Counted from the stretch's first letter, positions 18,147-28,307 are shown. The stretch: DNA of 64,000 nt from Stappiaceae bacterium (GCA_039976075.1 JBDWFY010000001.1:159920-223919), one strand, 5' to 3'. Notes: a model not told the origin generated them from the sequence alone. Translations and numbers: made by a program.

Positions 18147-19604
18147 ATGATTCCATCAACACAAGGTACGTCAATGATTGACCTTAACAAAGTGAGCGCG
18201 ATGACGTTGTTTTTCAAGCCGTACCGTAGGTTGCCGGTTATTGCGTTCTTTCTGCTTCTGGCTTTTCCATTGGTAACATTTGTCGCGCCGATGGCCTTGC
18301 CGGGGTTTACGGCACTGGCCGACGATGATGACGATGACGACGATGATGATGCCGGTAGTGGCGGTGGATCGACTTCCGGTGGAAGCAGCCGCACGCGGGA
18401 CGATAGTAGCGGCGGCGAGATCATTCGTTTTCTGGGCAAAAAACGTAAAAGTGGCAAACGTGTAATACGGAGGCAAGCGCGCGTCCAGGTCGTGCGTCAG
18501 TCCAATGTGCCGAATGAAATCGTTGCGCTGGGCCTTTCGCAGGCTCAACTGAGAGATCTTATCGATCAGGGGTACGAAGTTCTACAATCCGTACGGCTTG
18601 AACTGCTCGATACTGACGTATTGAAGTTGCAGGTCCCTGCGGGAACCGGACTTGAACAGGCGAGGGCACTTGTTGGTAATCTCAACCCGCAAGCCTTGGT
18701 TGATTTCAATCACTACTACCGACCCGAAACATCTGAAAACAGTGGCGAGGCTACACAGGTTCCCTGCCGGGGAAACCACTGTGCCGCATGGCAGATGGTC
18801 GGATGGCCGACTGGTCATGCGGCGCTGGCGACCTGTTCCAGCAACATTCGCATCGGTTTGATTGACACAGGCATCAACGCAGAGCATGCGGCATTGTCGG
18901 AAGCAAATCTTGAAGTACGACGGCTTGAGAATGATGATCGGGCACCCTCCGGTCGTCAGCATGGAACAGCAGTGGCCGTGATGCTGGCCGGCGCTCCGGG
19001 AAGCCGTTCGCCGGGACTGCTGCCCTCGGCGGAAATATTCGCCGTCGACGCATTTCACAGAGGACGCGGTAAAGACGACAGAGGCGATGTTTTCGAGATT
19101 TTACAGGCGATGGATTATCTGGCCCAGAAGTCAGTCTCAGTGATCAATATGAGCCTCGCCGGTCCGGAGAATGTGCTGCTTAAAAAAATGGTTGAGCGTC
19201 TGTCGGTGAAGGATGTGATTTTGGTCGCAGCGGTCGGCAATGGCGGCAGGGGATCCAAGAATATGTATCCAGCTGCTTATCCGACAGTAATTGCCGTCAC
19301 TGCCGTGGATAGGCATGAACGTATCTTCCGGCGTGCGGTTCAGGGTGAGCATGTCGACTTTGCAGCGCCAGGCGTCAACGTCTGGACCGCAGCCTCCGTC
19401 CGGGGTGCACGCTCCAAGACCGGCACGTCTTTCGCCGCCCCGTTTGTAACTGCGGTGGTTGCGATTGCTGCAAGAAAACTGGAATCCGCGGATGCGGAAG
19501 CCGTACGCAAGGCTCTTGCAGCGAGCAGCAGGGATTTGGGCGGCACAGGCAGAGATCCGGTGTTTGGTTATGGGTTGATCCAGGGAACCGGTCTTTGCCC
19601 CTGA
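18147..19604 (+). CDS. Secreted S8-family (subtilisin-like) serine peptidase with an N-terminal poly-Asp/Gly-Ser/basic low-complexity pro-region
   Basis: Catalytic triad motifs 'GLIDTGI' (Asp), 'HGTAVAVML' (His) and 'GTSFAAPFV' (Ser). An N-terminal hydrophobic signal/anchor is present. The alternative start is 18174. Confidence 0.8.
   Translation: MIPSTQGTSMIDLNKVSAMTLFFKPYRRLPVIAFFLLLAFPLVTFVAPMALPGFTALADDDDDDDDDDAGSGGGSTSGGSSRTRDDSSGGEIIRFLGKKRKSGKRVIRRQARVQVVRQSNVPNEIVALGLSQAQLRDLIDQGYEVLQSVRLELLDTDVLKLQVPAGTGLEQARALVGNLNPQALVDFNHYYRPETSENSGEATQVPCRGNHCAAWQMVGWPTGHAALATCSSNIRIGLIDTGINAEHAALSEANLEVRRLENDDRAPSGRQHGTAVAVMLAGAPGSRSPGLLPSAEIFAVDAFHRGRGKDDRGDVFEILQAMDYLAQKSVSVINMSLAGPENVLLKKMVERLSVKDVILVAAVGNGGRGSKNMYPAAYPTVIAVTAVDRHERIFRRAVQGEHVDFAAPGVNVWTAASVRGARSKTGTSFAAPFVTAVVAIAARKLESADAEAVRKALAASSRDLGGTGRDPVFGYGLIQGTGLCP
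18321..18350 (+). repeat. Trinucleotide (GAY)10 coding repeat encoding D10 within the peptidase pro-region
   Basis: The sequence gacgatgatgacgatgacgacgatgatgat is read directly. It is followed by a Gly/Ser-rich stretch and then a Lys/Arg-rich stretch. Confidence 0.6.
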
Positions 19605-19736
19605 GCGGATAATCTCAACGGGAAGCATATTCTCAAAATTGCTTACAGGAATTCAATGGGTGCCTGCTCTGGCGCCCTGCGCCATACCCCATACATGGGA
19701 TATGTCTGAACCCCGTAAGATGAGAACCTGGGGTCC

Positions 19737-20744
19737 ATGATTGCATTGCTGAAAAAGAGAGTTCATCGTGTGGCTCCGGAACTGCAATTCTGGGGTTATG
19801 AGGTTGGTAATGTCTTGGCCGCTATTGCGGGCGCAGGGGGTATTGCTGTCTTTTATGCCGGGTTGCGATCCGTCGACGATCTGCCTGGACAGAGCTGGGT
19901 TACTGACATTGCCCTCTCGTTCTCCGCCTATCCCGACATTGTGGTCACCGTAGGTCTCGCAATGATTGTGTTATTGACCATTGTGCTTGGTCCGCTGATT
20001 GGACGTGAAAACACTGGTGTGAAACTCTGGATCGACGGTATCGCATCAATAATCGGCATACTTCTGGTTGGAACGGCACTGACATTCGGGGCCAGTTGGA
20101 TCACCTTTGCGGCGGTCAGCTTCGTATCAGGATCGGCGCTTCTAAGGCTCTGCCGCACCAGTCCCGTCTATCTTAAACTCGGCGGACTGATGCTTGCTGC
20201 AGGTGGTGTCGGCCTTGCAGCTTATGGCTTCAATTCATTTGACATGTCTCAGCCGTCCTTGCTGCCCGTTTTGACTGTTCTCACTGGATTTTATGTTATT
20301 GCTGCAAGCCTGATGACGTATCAGGGCGGCATTTTCGAATGCGCTGGTTTCAAGCAACAGGCCGATGCTTCGACTTCTGCCGGTACCAGTTGGTTTCATC
20401 CCTCCGGTCGACTGGCTGCAATGCTTGAAGCCAGGTTTGACGGACCGATATCTGTTTTGATCGACCGTGTTGCACTGCCATCGGTATTTTGGGTTTCCAC
20501 CAAAACCAAGTCAACGGCCCCGTTCCTGACATCCATGTGGACCCGTTTGCCTTGGCGCATCCTGACCGCCTGTGCCGCAATGGCAACGGGCACACCTGCG
20601 GGTATATTGTTCTGTATCGCCAATATCTTCTGGGCCGTCGGCGATGTTGCGATTGGCGCATTAGATTGGGAAGAGGATGATCAGTCGCTACCAGAGGAAA
20701 CGCCCTCTGGCAGCCCAGTCAGGGCATTGCACCAGGAAGATTGA
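19737..20744 (+). CDS. Hypothetical polytopic membrane protein
   Basis: 335 aa with at least six hydrophobic helices and an acidic C-terminal tail. No family is recognised. Confidence 0.4.
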   Translation: MIALLKKRVHRVAPELQFWGYEVGNVLAAIAGAGGIAVFYAGLRSVDDLPGQSWVTDIALSFSAYPDIVVTVGLAMIVLLTIVLGPLIGRENTGVKLWIDGIASIIGILLVGTALTFGASWITFAAVSFVSGSALLRLCRTSPVYLKLGGLMLAAGGVGLAAYGFNSFDMSQPSLLPVLTVLTGFYVIAASLMTYQGGIFECAGFKQQADASTSAGTSWFHPSGRLAAMLEARFDGPISVLIDRVALPSVFWVSTKTKSTAPFLTSMWTRLPWRILTACAAMATGTPAGILFCIANIFWAVGDVAIGALDWEEDDQSLPEETPSGSPVRALHQED

Positions 20745-20852
20745 GATCTTTCGGTCAACAGGCACATGGGACCCAGGCGAAGAATTGACAATGAGCTGAT
20801 AGCCGACGCAGCCAGTTGTTCACGTAAAAAGCCAATCAGCAATCAGGAATTC

Positions 20853-21437
20853 TTACTCGATCCGCATTGCTTCGGTTTCTACGATCAACTCGACCGCATC
20901 ACCCACAAATCCATTCTCCACGGCGTACGACATACCATACTGACTGCGGATCACAGTGCCTTTGATCGTCAGGCCGAGAACAAAACGGCCATGTCCAAAC
21001 GGGTATTTGGCCGCTTTGTTTAGCGTTACAGCCAGCGTTAGCGGATGGGTCTGCCCCAGAAGCGTCAGGTTGCCCTTGACGGAGCCGGTTTTTTCATTCG
21101 ACGGCGTGCCACTGTCGGCACTGAAGATCATAACGGGATGGACTTTTGCATTGAGAAAGTCCTTGCCCAGTACATGGCCATTACGGGCCTTGTGGAACGT
21201 TTCGACACTGGCGCTGTTTACCTGAACCGTAACGTTTGAAAGGGCTTGAGTGGAGATGTCATAGGTAAAACTGCCTTCGACCTGTCGGAAAATTCCCAAC
21301 GTATCAGCATATCCAAGGTGGTCGACAAGGAACGCTACGGTTGTATGATCAGGATCAAGCTCATAACGATGTGCTTCGGCAAAAGCCGGCGTTGTTAAGC
21401 CGGCCACCGCAAGCGCGCAGACAAACGATCTGATCAT
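20853..21437 (-). CDS. YceI-family periplasmic polyisoprenoid-binding protein
   Basis: Signal peptide followed by 'YELDPDHTTVAFLVDHLGYADTLGIFRQVEGSF', typical of YceI-like proteins. Confidence 0.75.
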   Translation of the reverse strand: MIRSFVCALAVAGLTTPAFAEAHRYELDPDHTTVAFLVDHLGYADTLGIFRQVEGSFTYDISTQALSNVTVQVNSASVETFHKARNGHVLGKDFLNAKVHPVMIFSADSGTPSNEKTGSVKGNLTLLGQTHPLTLAVTLNKAAKYPFGHGRFVLGLTIKGTVIRSQYGMSYAVENGFVGDAVELIVETEAMRIE

Positions 21438-21613
21438 GTTTCCCTCCAGCCTCAAACACCAGGATGTGCAACCCACAGGCGACGTTGCGTTGAATTTATG
21501 ACATTTGAGAACAGGTAAAACGAATCACAACATAGGCATTGGCGGATGATGATCGGGTACATCTTGTTGGGAGCTTTGTTGTGCCCGGATCCGAGCACCA
21601 GGAGAATGTTGCC

Positions 21614-22072
21614 ATGAAAAAGCGGCCCGCTGCGCGGCTTCTAGTATTTAACTCCGAAAACCGACTTTTACTCTTCAGGTTCGTATTTGAGGAAGGGCCC
21701 CTTGCTGGGCAAAATTATTGGGCGACACCGGGTGGCAGAGTCGAGGGAGCGGAAACATTCAGAGCTGCAGCGCAGAGGGAATTGTTGGAAGAAACCGGCA
21801 TCACAGTCGATGTTGGTGAGGAAATAGGACAACGGCAGGCGACTTTTCAGGTTCCTTCTGGCGAATTTGTCAATGCAGACGAGCGCTATTTCTATGTGAG
21901 GGTCCTGTCAGATCACGTGGATCAGAGCGGACAGCAAACTCTTGAGCGAATGTACATGCGGGAATATCGGTGGTGGCCGTTGTCCGAGCTGGAGAGACCA
22001 TCGGAGACCGTCTATCCGGAGGAACTGTTTGACCTTCTGGAGAATGTTTCCGGTCTTCATTTAATGCGCTGA
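21614..22072 (+). CDS. NUDIX hydrolase
   Basis: Nudix box 'GGRVEGAETFRAAAQRELLEETGI'. GGAGAA SD upstream of the ATG at 21614. Confidence 0.8.
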   Translation: MKKRPAARLLVFNSENRLLLFRFVFEEGPLAGQNYWATPGGRVEGAETFRAAAQRELLEETGITVDVGEEIGQRQATFQVPSGEFVNADERYFYVRVLSDHVDQSGQQTLERMYMREYRWWPLSELERPSETVYPEELFDLLENVSGLHLMR

Positions 22073-22154
22073 ATATGTTGCCAACGGAAATTGCCGGATA
22101 GCCAAAACGCCAATCTTCATTGCCTCTTCACATTTTAAGCGCAATTTTTGAACC

Positions 22155-23681
22155 ATGTTCTGGAAACGACTGTCTGTCACCAAAAAACTGTTTGCGGCCA
22201 TCGCTGTCACGACAATCATCATGATTGCCTGTATGGCGGGCCTTATCGCATACAGTATGCGGGCAGGGTTTTCCCAGTATCTCCTGGAGGCGCAACTTGA
22301 CCGTTTTGATCGGTTGGTTGTTGCGCTGGAAGAGACATATGTATCGACACAAAATAGCTGGCCGGGATTTGAGGGACGCGGGACCTGGCATGCCTTTGTG
22401 CGGCAGCATCTGGGGTCACCTCCCGGTGATCGCAGGCCGGGAAGGAGAGCAGACCCGAACCCGGCAGTCAAAGGTCCGGCAATCCAAGATCGGAGAGACA
22501 ACGGCCCGGCGGGTGGCACCCCCCCTCCAAACAGACGACCTGGAAAGTCGCGTCCCCGCGATCCGTTGCAGCTTGGCGGAAGACTGGCGTTACTCGACGT
22601 GCAGGAACGAGTAATTGCCGGTCAACTGCAAGAAAATGCCGCCATTGCCAAACGCGCGATTGAGATTGTCGGGTCCAGCGGCACTCCACGGACTGTCGGT
22701 TGGCTGGCCATATCGGAACCGGAGGGCGGAGCGGCAAGCGCGGACAACGTCTTTTTGCGCGGCCAATTCCGCTCCTTGATTATGACGTCGCTTCTGGCCA
22801 TCGTACTTTCGGCCGGTGCCGCCTTTTTTCTCGCCCGTCAGTTTCTAACACCGGTCAGCGCCATTATGCGGAGCACACAAAAACTCGCTGCCGGTAATTA
22901 TGCCACACGGATGGATAACACGCGTGGCGATGAATTCGGCATGCTCATCAACCACTTCAATCAACTGGCTGAAAGCCTGGAAGTCGCTGAGAAAGCGGAA
23001 CGGCAATGGATTTCCGATGCCTCGCACGAATTGCAGACACCGTTATCTGTTTTGCAGGCAGAAATCGAGGCCATCCAGGACGGCGTTCGCAAAGCGGATG
23101 ACAGAACTCTTGTCGATATGCACACCGCAGTCATGCGGCTTTCCCGATTGGTGGGAGATCTTAATGCGCTCTCCCATGCGCGCGAGGGGCGGCTGCTGAC
23201 ATTGATGGCCGAGGAAGACCTTTCCGCAATCGCCAAAAGCGCTGTTGATGGCATCCGGGCGAGATTTGCCGAAAAGGGTCTCTCACTCTCGCTTGATGTC
23301 GATAACGATGTTGTCCTGCCTTGCGACCGGCTGCGCATCCGGCAACTGCTCGACAATTTGCTGGAAAACGCTCGACGTTACACCAACGTCCCGGGAAAGG
23401 TGGTTCTTAAAGTGCGTCAGTCCGGTGACCGCGCAGTCGTAGAGCTGGACGATACGCCACCGGCTCCTCCGGCTGAGACGCTGGAAAAGTTATTTGACCG
23501 GTTCTACCGGGCTGAATCTTCCCGTGCACGCCAGCATGGCGGCTCCGGACTTGGTCTGGCCATCTGTCGCGCAATTGTCGTTGCCCATCGCGGGTCCATA
23601 AACGCAAAAATTTCGGACCTTGGCGGTCTTAAGGTCAGTGTATCGCTGCCAATCGATCTGGTTGAGGAAAAATCTGTATGA
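22155..23681 (+). CDS. Sensor histidine kinase (BaeS/CpxA-like; 2 TM, HAMP, HisKA, HATPase_c)
   Basis: H-box 'SHELQTPLSVL', N-box 'LLDNLLENARRYT' and G-box 'GGSGLGLAICRAIV'. The periplasmic region is unusually Pro/Arg/Gly-rich. Confidence 0.85.
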   Translation: MFWKRLSVTKKLFAAIAVTTIIMIACMAGLIAYSMRAGFSQYLLEAQLDRFDRLVVALEETYVSTQNSWPGFEGRGTWHAFVRQHLGSPPGDRRPGRRADPNPAVKGPAIQDRRDNGPAGGTPPPNRRPGKSRPRDPLQLGGRLALLDVQERVIAGQLQENAAIAKRAIEIVGSSGTPRTVGWLAISEPEGGAASADNVFLRGQFRSLIMTSLLAIVLSAGAAFFLARQFLTPVSAIMRSTQKLAAGNYATRMDNTRGDEFGMLINHFNQLAESLEVAEKAERQWISDASHELQTPLSVLQAEIEAIQDGVRKADDRTLVDMHTAVMRLSRLVGDLNALSHAREGRLLTLMAEEDLSAIAKSAVDGIRARFAEKGLSLSLDVDNDVVLPCDRLRIRQLLDNLLENARRYTNVPGKVVLKVRQSGDRAVVELDDTPPAPPAETLEKLFDRFYRAESSRARQHGGSGLGLAICRAIVVAHRGSINAKISDLGGLKVSVSLPIDLVEEKSV

Positions 23682-24367
23682 CCACCAAACAGCGCATCCT
23701 GATTGTTGAAGACGAGCCTGTGCTGGCAGACGTCATCAAGGATTATCTCAGGCAGGCCGATATTGAGGCCACGGTATTGAATGACGGGATCAGTGCGGTT
23801 GAGACGATCTTGTCGACCAAGCCTGATCTTGTCATCCTCGATCTGATGCTGCCCGGCAAGGATGGATTGACAATCTGCCGGGAAGTGCGCGCGAAAAGCG
23901 ATGTTCCGATTATTTTGGAGACAGCCAAAGTCGAAGAGATCGACCGCTTGCTCGGACTGGAACTGGGAGCGGACGATTATCTTTGCAAACCCTTTTCGCC
24001 CCGCGAACTCGTAGCACGCGTGAAAGCCATTTTGCGTCGGACAGCGCGAAGCCGTACCGCGCGTGAATGTGATACTTCAGAGGGTGCGTTGTTACTTGAT
24101 CAGGAAAGCTGGATTGCAACAATAGACGGAACAAACCTGAACCTCACACGACGCGAATTTCAATTGCTTCTAGCCCTCTACAGTCGTCCTGGTCGGGTTT
24201 TCTCGCGTTCGCAACTGCTCGACCTTGCCTTTCCCGGTGACAGTGAAGTCTTTGATCGGACCATTGACAGCCACATCAAGAATATTCGCAGTAAAGTCAA
24301 AAGTGTAGATCCGAATTGTGAAGCGATCCGTTCGGTCTACGGAGTGGGATACGCTTTCGACCGTTGA
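23678..24367 (+). CDS. OmpR-family response regulator
   Basis: Receiver 'ILIVEDEP...LVILDLMLPGKDG' and a winged-helix C-domain. There is a 4-nt overlap with the kinase gene. Confidence 0.85.
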   Translation: MTTKQRILIVEDEPVLADVIKDYLRQADIEATVLNDGISAVETILSTKPDLVILDLMLPGKDGLTICREVRAKSDVPIILETAKVEEIDRLLGLELGADDYLCKPFSPRELVARVKAILRRTARSRTARECDTSEGALLLDQESWIATIDGTNLNLTRREFQLLLALYSRPGRVFSRSQLLDLAFPGDSEVFDRTIDSHIKNIRSKVKSVDPNCEAIRSVYGVGYAFDR

Positions 24368-24491
24368 CGGAAAAGTCTGTCGTGAATTGGTCGAAAGACG
24401 GGCACTCCATGGTCCCTTCATATTTCCTGCAAATCCACTGCACGATCATACCCCATCTTCATTCACGGGCGGCGGAACCGCTCGCCAACCA

Positions 24492-25610
24492 ATGGAGAAC
24501 CTGATGCCTGACACCGAAATGGAAACTGGTTACGAGAAAACCGTCCGGAGACTTCGTGCGACGGCACTGTTCAGCAGCGTGGCATTTACGCTTGCCGGTG
24601 CAGCGACCGCTCAGGCGCATGAAAATGAAGTACAGACGAGTGTTCAAGGCGGGCAGCGCTGTATCACGTCAAACGGTCTGCCCGATCACAGTACCGGGAC
24701 ATTCCCCAACAGCGGCAATCCCAATACAATTTCCGAACAGCACGTGAAGCTTTGTGTTTCTGCCGACCCTAAAAAAGGCAACAGCCCGAAAACCGTTCGT
24801 GGTTCTATTGGTGTGGGCATCAACGGAGTCCAGATCCGGCCCGGTACTGCGGACTATTATGATCCATCCAGCCGTCGCGGATTCAGCCGGGACAGAAGTT
24901 CTGGTTGGAACCTGGAAGGCCTGGGCGCTCGCGACAAGCTCGGCATGGACAAGAACAACGCCCACGTGGATGAGCGCGGTCTTTACCACTATCACGGGGT
25001 CCCCAAACCACTGGTGGAATCCGCCGGAAGCAGTCTGATCGGTTACGCTGCAGACGGATTTGAAATTCATTATGTCGGTAACAAACAGACTTCAAGCTAC
25101 CGGCTCAAGTCCGGCACGCGTCCATCGGGCCCCGGTGGCGCATATGACGGTACCTACCTTGAAGATTGGGAGTTTGTCGATGGGTTGGGAACCCTGGATG
25201 TCTGTAACGGCGGAACACTGAACGGAGAATTTGTTTACTTCGCCACCGACAGTTTTCCCTTCTACCCCCGATGCATGTGGGGCGAAATCAGCGGAGATTT
25301 TCTCCAAGGTGCTGGAGGACCTGGCGCCGGCGGAAAACGCCCACGCAGAAATGGGGAAGCACGCGGTCAGGACAGGCAACGTGCCAGTGAAAACCGTCGT
25401 CAGCGTGGACCTCGTCAGGCCAATCAGCAGCGGGCTGGTGGTCGCAGAGGTCCTCCTCAGGAAGCGATTGCCGCGTGTTCAGGGCAGAGCAGCGGCTCTT
25501 CATGCAGCTTCAAGGGACCTCGAGCCGGTCGGCAAGTCGCTGGCATGTGCCGTGAAACGCCCAGTCAGACTACCGCATGTGTGCCGGATAGACGTCGTCC
25601 ACGTCAGTAG
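24492..25610 (+). CDS. Secreted YHYH-domain protein with an about 100 aa Arg/Gly/Gln-rich, Cys-containing C-terminal extension
   Basis: Signal peptide 'TALFSSVAFTLAGAATAQA'. The 'GLYHYHGVP' motif with surrounding conserved Asn/Gly matches the YHYH family. The tail 'GKRPRRNGEARGQDRQRASENRRQRGPRQANQQRAGGRRGPP...' is highly basic. Confidence 0.65.
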   Translation: MENLMPDTEMETGYEKTVRRLRATALFSSVAFTLAGAATAQAHENEVQTSVQGGQRCITSNGLPDHSTGTFPNSGNPNTISEQHVKLCVSADPKKGNSPKTVRGSIGVGINGVQIRPGTADYYDPSSRRGFSRDRSSGWNLEGLGARDKLGMDKNNAHVDERGLYHYHGVPKPLVESAGSSLIGYAADGFEIHYVGNKQTSSYRLKSGTRPSGPGGAYDGTYLEDWEFVDGLGTLDVCNGGTLNGEFVYFATDSFPFYPRCMWGEISGDFLQGAGGPGAGGKRPRRNGEARGQDRQRASENRRQRGPRQANQQRAGGRRGPPQEAIAACSGQSSGSSCSFKGPRAGRQVAGMCRETPSQTTACVPDRRRPRQ

Positions 25611-25805
25611 AATCACACAATTAGAGTTCCTCGTATATGGCGTCGACGTCTCCTGTTTGAGAGTTGGCAGGCCATATGCGAGCATCTTCGCAAAAATCGC
25701 CCCAGTTTTTGCGATCCGGCAATCGGGTCTACCCCCTGCTGAGACCCGAAGGGACGTGCCCAACGCACAGTGGTTGGTCCATCCCAGCCAATAACAAAGC
25801 CCGGA

Positions 25806-25832
25806 CCCCGGTCGACTAAGTGTCGACTGGGG
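25806..25832 (-). terminator. Hairpin CCCCGGTCGAC-TAAGT-GTCGACTGGGG downstream of the MFS gene; candidate intrinsic terminator
   Basis: An 11-bp stem with one G-U pair. On the minus strand it is followed by the U-rich-ish 'TCCGGGCTTTGTTATT'. It lies between convergent genes. Confidence 0.35.
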
Positions 25833-25902
25833 GGATGTCTGTTCAACGATATGTAATCGGTCCCAAGAACACTCCACACAGGTTACGCGTTGTAAAGCCA
25901 CA

Positions 25903-27195
25903 TCAGTCGCGCAATGGCTTGCCATGCGTTTCGGGGATTGTGAAAACAGTTATCAATGACAAGACCGTCAGACCCATCAGATAATAGACGGGTGTGAAAT
26001 CATCACCAGTCCGTTCAACAAGATAGGCTGCCACGAATGGAGTCGTTCCGCCAAATATCGACAGACAAAGATTATACCCGATTGAAAGAACGCTGACACG
26101 CACACGACGTGGCAGGATTTCGGCCATGGTGGCAGGATTGGCACCGTTGATCCAGGAAAGAACCAGGGCAAATCCCAGCTGACCGAAAAAGATCACCATG
26201 AGGTTTTGATGATGCATCAGCCAAAAGAACGGCCAGGCCAAAAACAACAAACTGATTGTCCCTGTCAGCAGCAGCGGCTTTCGACCGATCCGATCGGAGA
26301 CCAGAGAGGTCAAAAGCGGCAGAAAAGTAAGGACGGCCATGCAGATGGTATTGATGTCCATGGCATTTCTGCTCGAAACATGCATGCGATCTGTCAGATA
26401 TGAGATGGCGTAGACATACATCATATAGAAGGTAACATTGACCGCCAGAACAAGACCCATCACCCGCAACAGATCGCGCCAGTGATTGACAAACACTTCG
26501 ACAATCGGCGAGCGATCCCATTCCTCTTCATAGGTCGGTGCGGGCGGTTCTTCCAGATTCCGCCTCAGATAGATAGCCACGACGGTAATAAGAGCGCCCG
26601 ACAGAAAAGGAAGACGCCAGGCCCAATTTTCGATGGCAGCCTGATCCAGTGTGTTGGTCATCAACGTTGTTACAGCTGACCCCAGCAGAAAACCTCCGAC
26701 GCCGCCACAAAGGATCCAACTGCAGTAAAAAGCACGCTTCTCAGCCGGTGCGTGCTCAATCACAAATGTTGTTGATCCTGTATATTCGCCGCCAACGGAA
26801 AAACCCTGAACCACCCGGAGCCCAATCAGCAGCAGTGCAGCAGAAGGTCCAATGGTAGAGACATCTGGGAGAAAACCTATCAGAACGCTGGCTATCCCCA
26901 TCATCCAGACGGATAACACGAGGACCTGTTTCCTACCCATCTTGTCCCCGATATAGCCAAACGCTACGGCCCCCAGTGGACGGGCGAGATATCCGGCGGC
27001 GAAAGCACCATATGTTGCCAGAAGCGATGTGAAGTCATCATCTGATGGAAAAAACAACTGGCTGATAAAGGGAGCAATGAATGCATAAGCCGCAAAGTCA
27101 TACCATTCCATGACGTTGCCGATGGCGCCCGCGAACCCATTTCTACGCACTCTGCTTAACGCGGTATCGGCGTCTTGAAGTTCTGCGTTGGTCAT
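25903..27195 (-). CDS. MFS transporter, metabolite:H+ symporter (MHS) family (ProP/KgtP-like)
   Basis: 'GNVMEWYDFAAYAFIAPFISQLFFP' and 'GDKMGRK' motifs; 12 TM helices. Confidence 0.85.
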   Translation of the reverse strand: MTNAELQDADTALSRVRRNGFAGAIGNVMEWYDFAAYAFIAPFISQLFFPSDDDFTSLLATYGAFAAGYLARPLGAVAFGYIGDKMGRKQVLVLSVWMMGIASVLIGFLPDVSTIGPSAALLLIGLRVVQGFSVGGEYTGSTTFVIEHAPAEKRAFYCSWILCGGVGGFLLGSAVTTLMTNTLDQAAIENWAWRLPFLSGALITVVAIYLRRNLEEPPAPTYEEEWDRSPIVEVFVNHWRDLLRVMGLVLAVNVTFYMMYVYAISYLTDRMHVSSRNAMDINTICMAVLTFLPLLTSLVSDRIGRKPLLLTGTISLLFLAWPFFWLMHHQNLMVIFFGQLGFALVLSWINGANPATMAEILPRRVRVSVLSIGYNLCLSIFGGTTPFVAAYLVERTGDDFTPVYYLMGLTVLSLITVFTIPETHGKPLRD

Positions 27196-27208
27196 GGCCG
27201 GCCCCGCA

Positions 27209-28159
27209 CTAAAATGCCAGATAGATCGTCGCCGGTAACATGACGAGGCTTACGACCAAAGTGGCCACCACAAGGCCGGATGCGATGGCAGCGTCGCAGC
27301 CGTAGCGGGCGGCAATGACCGCCGCAATGGTGCCAGTCGGCAAGGCTGTATCGAGGATGAGCAGTTGTCGTTCCATATGAGGAAGATCGTCTGGCAGCGT
27401 CATGGCCCAGCCAATCATCGGTTCGACCAGAAGTTTCAAGGCTGCTGCAAGCGCGATCAGAACGGCAATTTCCCGGTAGCCAATGGGTTTTAACATCAGA
27501 CCGATAGCGAATGCGACCAGCACGGAGAGGGTCGCACCGACGATATGCAGATATTCGTAAAAAAGTTTGATTGGCCAGAAGTCCATCGGGATATTGAAAA
27601 AACTCACGGCAATTCCAAGCACCGTCGCGGCGAATAGCGGCGAGGTGAACATCGGACTGAGCGCTGCTTTGAGAGTGATGGCTTCTTCCCTGTCCTGACC
27701 GAAGTAGATGGAGACGGCGACCCCGACCGTGAGGGCAGGGAGCAGGTTGCCGAATTGTCCCATGACGACTGCGTCGTCAAGCATCTGAGGATCGTTGCCG
27801 AACACATTCTGTATCAAGGCAAATCCGAGGGTGCCTGTGCCACCAAATCCCGACACCATGACGACAGAACCAAGTGCGGGCCGGCTCAATTCCATCGCTC
27901 GACCGATCAGCCAGGCGATGACCATTACCGGCGCGATTGCTGCAAAGAGCAGCAGCGCCCCCAGCATCTGTACCTGGGTGATGGCGTGGGTGCTGAGGCT
28001 TGTAAAAACAAGTGCCGGCATCGCAAAGTCTGTCACGAGTCGACCAAAAACACCTTGTTGACTCTCTGAAATGACCGCAAAACGGCGTAGCACAATCGCC
28101 GTTCCACCAAGGGCGACGAGAATGATGAGATAGTCCAGCAGGCTACTGAAAGCGTTCAT
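27209..28159 (-). CDS. AEC-family (auxin efflux carrier / MdcF-like) transporter
   Basis: Ten-TM pattern with a central loop; the C-terminal region is like the 'membrane transport protein' family. The start could instead be 28168 or 28207. Confidence 0.7.
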   Translation of the reverse strand: MNAFSSLLDYLIILVALGGTAIVLRRFAVISESQQGVFGRLVTDFAMPALVFTSLSTHAITQVQMLGALLLFAAIAPVMVIAWLIGRAMELSRPALGSVVMVSGFGGTGTLGFALIQNVFGNDPQMLDDAVVMGQFGNLLPALTVGVAVSIYFGQDREEAITLKAALSPMFTSPLFAATVLGIAVSFFNIPMDFWPIKLFYEYLHIVGATLSVLVAFAIGLMLKPIGYREIAVLIALAAALKLLVEPMIGWAMTLPDDLPHMERQLLILDTALPTGTIAAVIAARYGCDAAIASGLVVATLVVSLVMLPATIYLAF

Positions 28160-28307
28160 GCATTTCATTCCTGACGAGCGGAAAATATCGAGTTTACAGG
28201 AATACACACCAAGTGAAGAAAAAAGGATAGTCCGCTTATCTCAGCTCAGAGAACTTCGGAGAAAAGTTTCTATAATTCTCAAGTATAAAATAGCAAATGA
28301 AGGGTGT

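Noticed and set aside
22961-23356. 131-aa Ser-rich ORF antisense to the histidine kinase
   Set aside because: Antisense low-complexity artefact.
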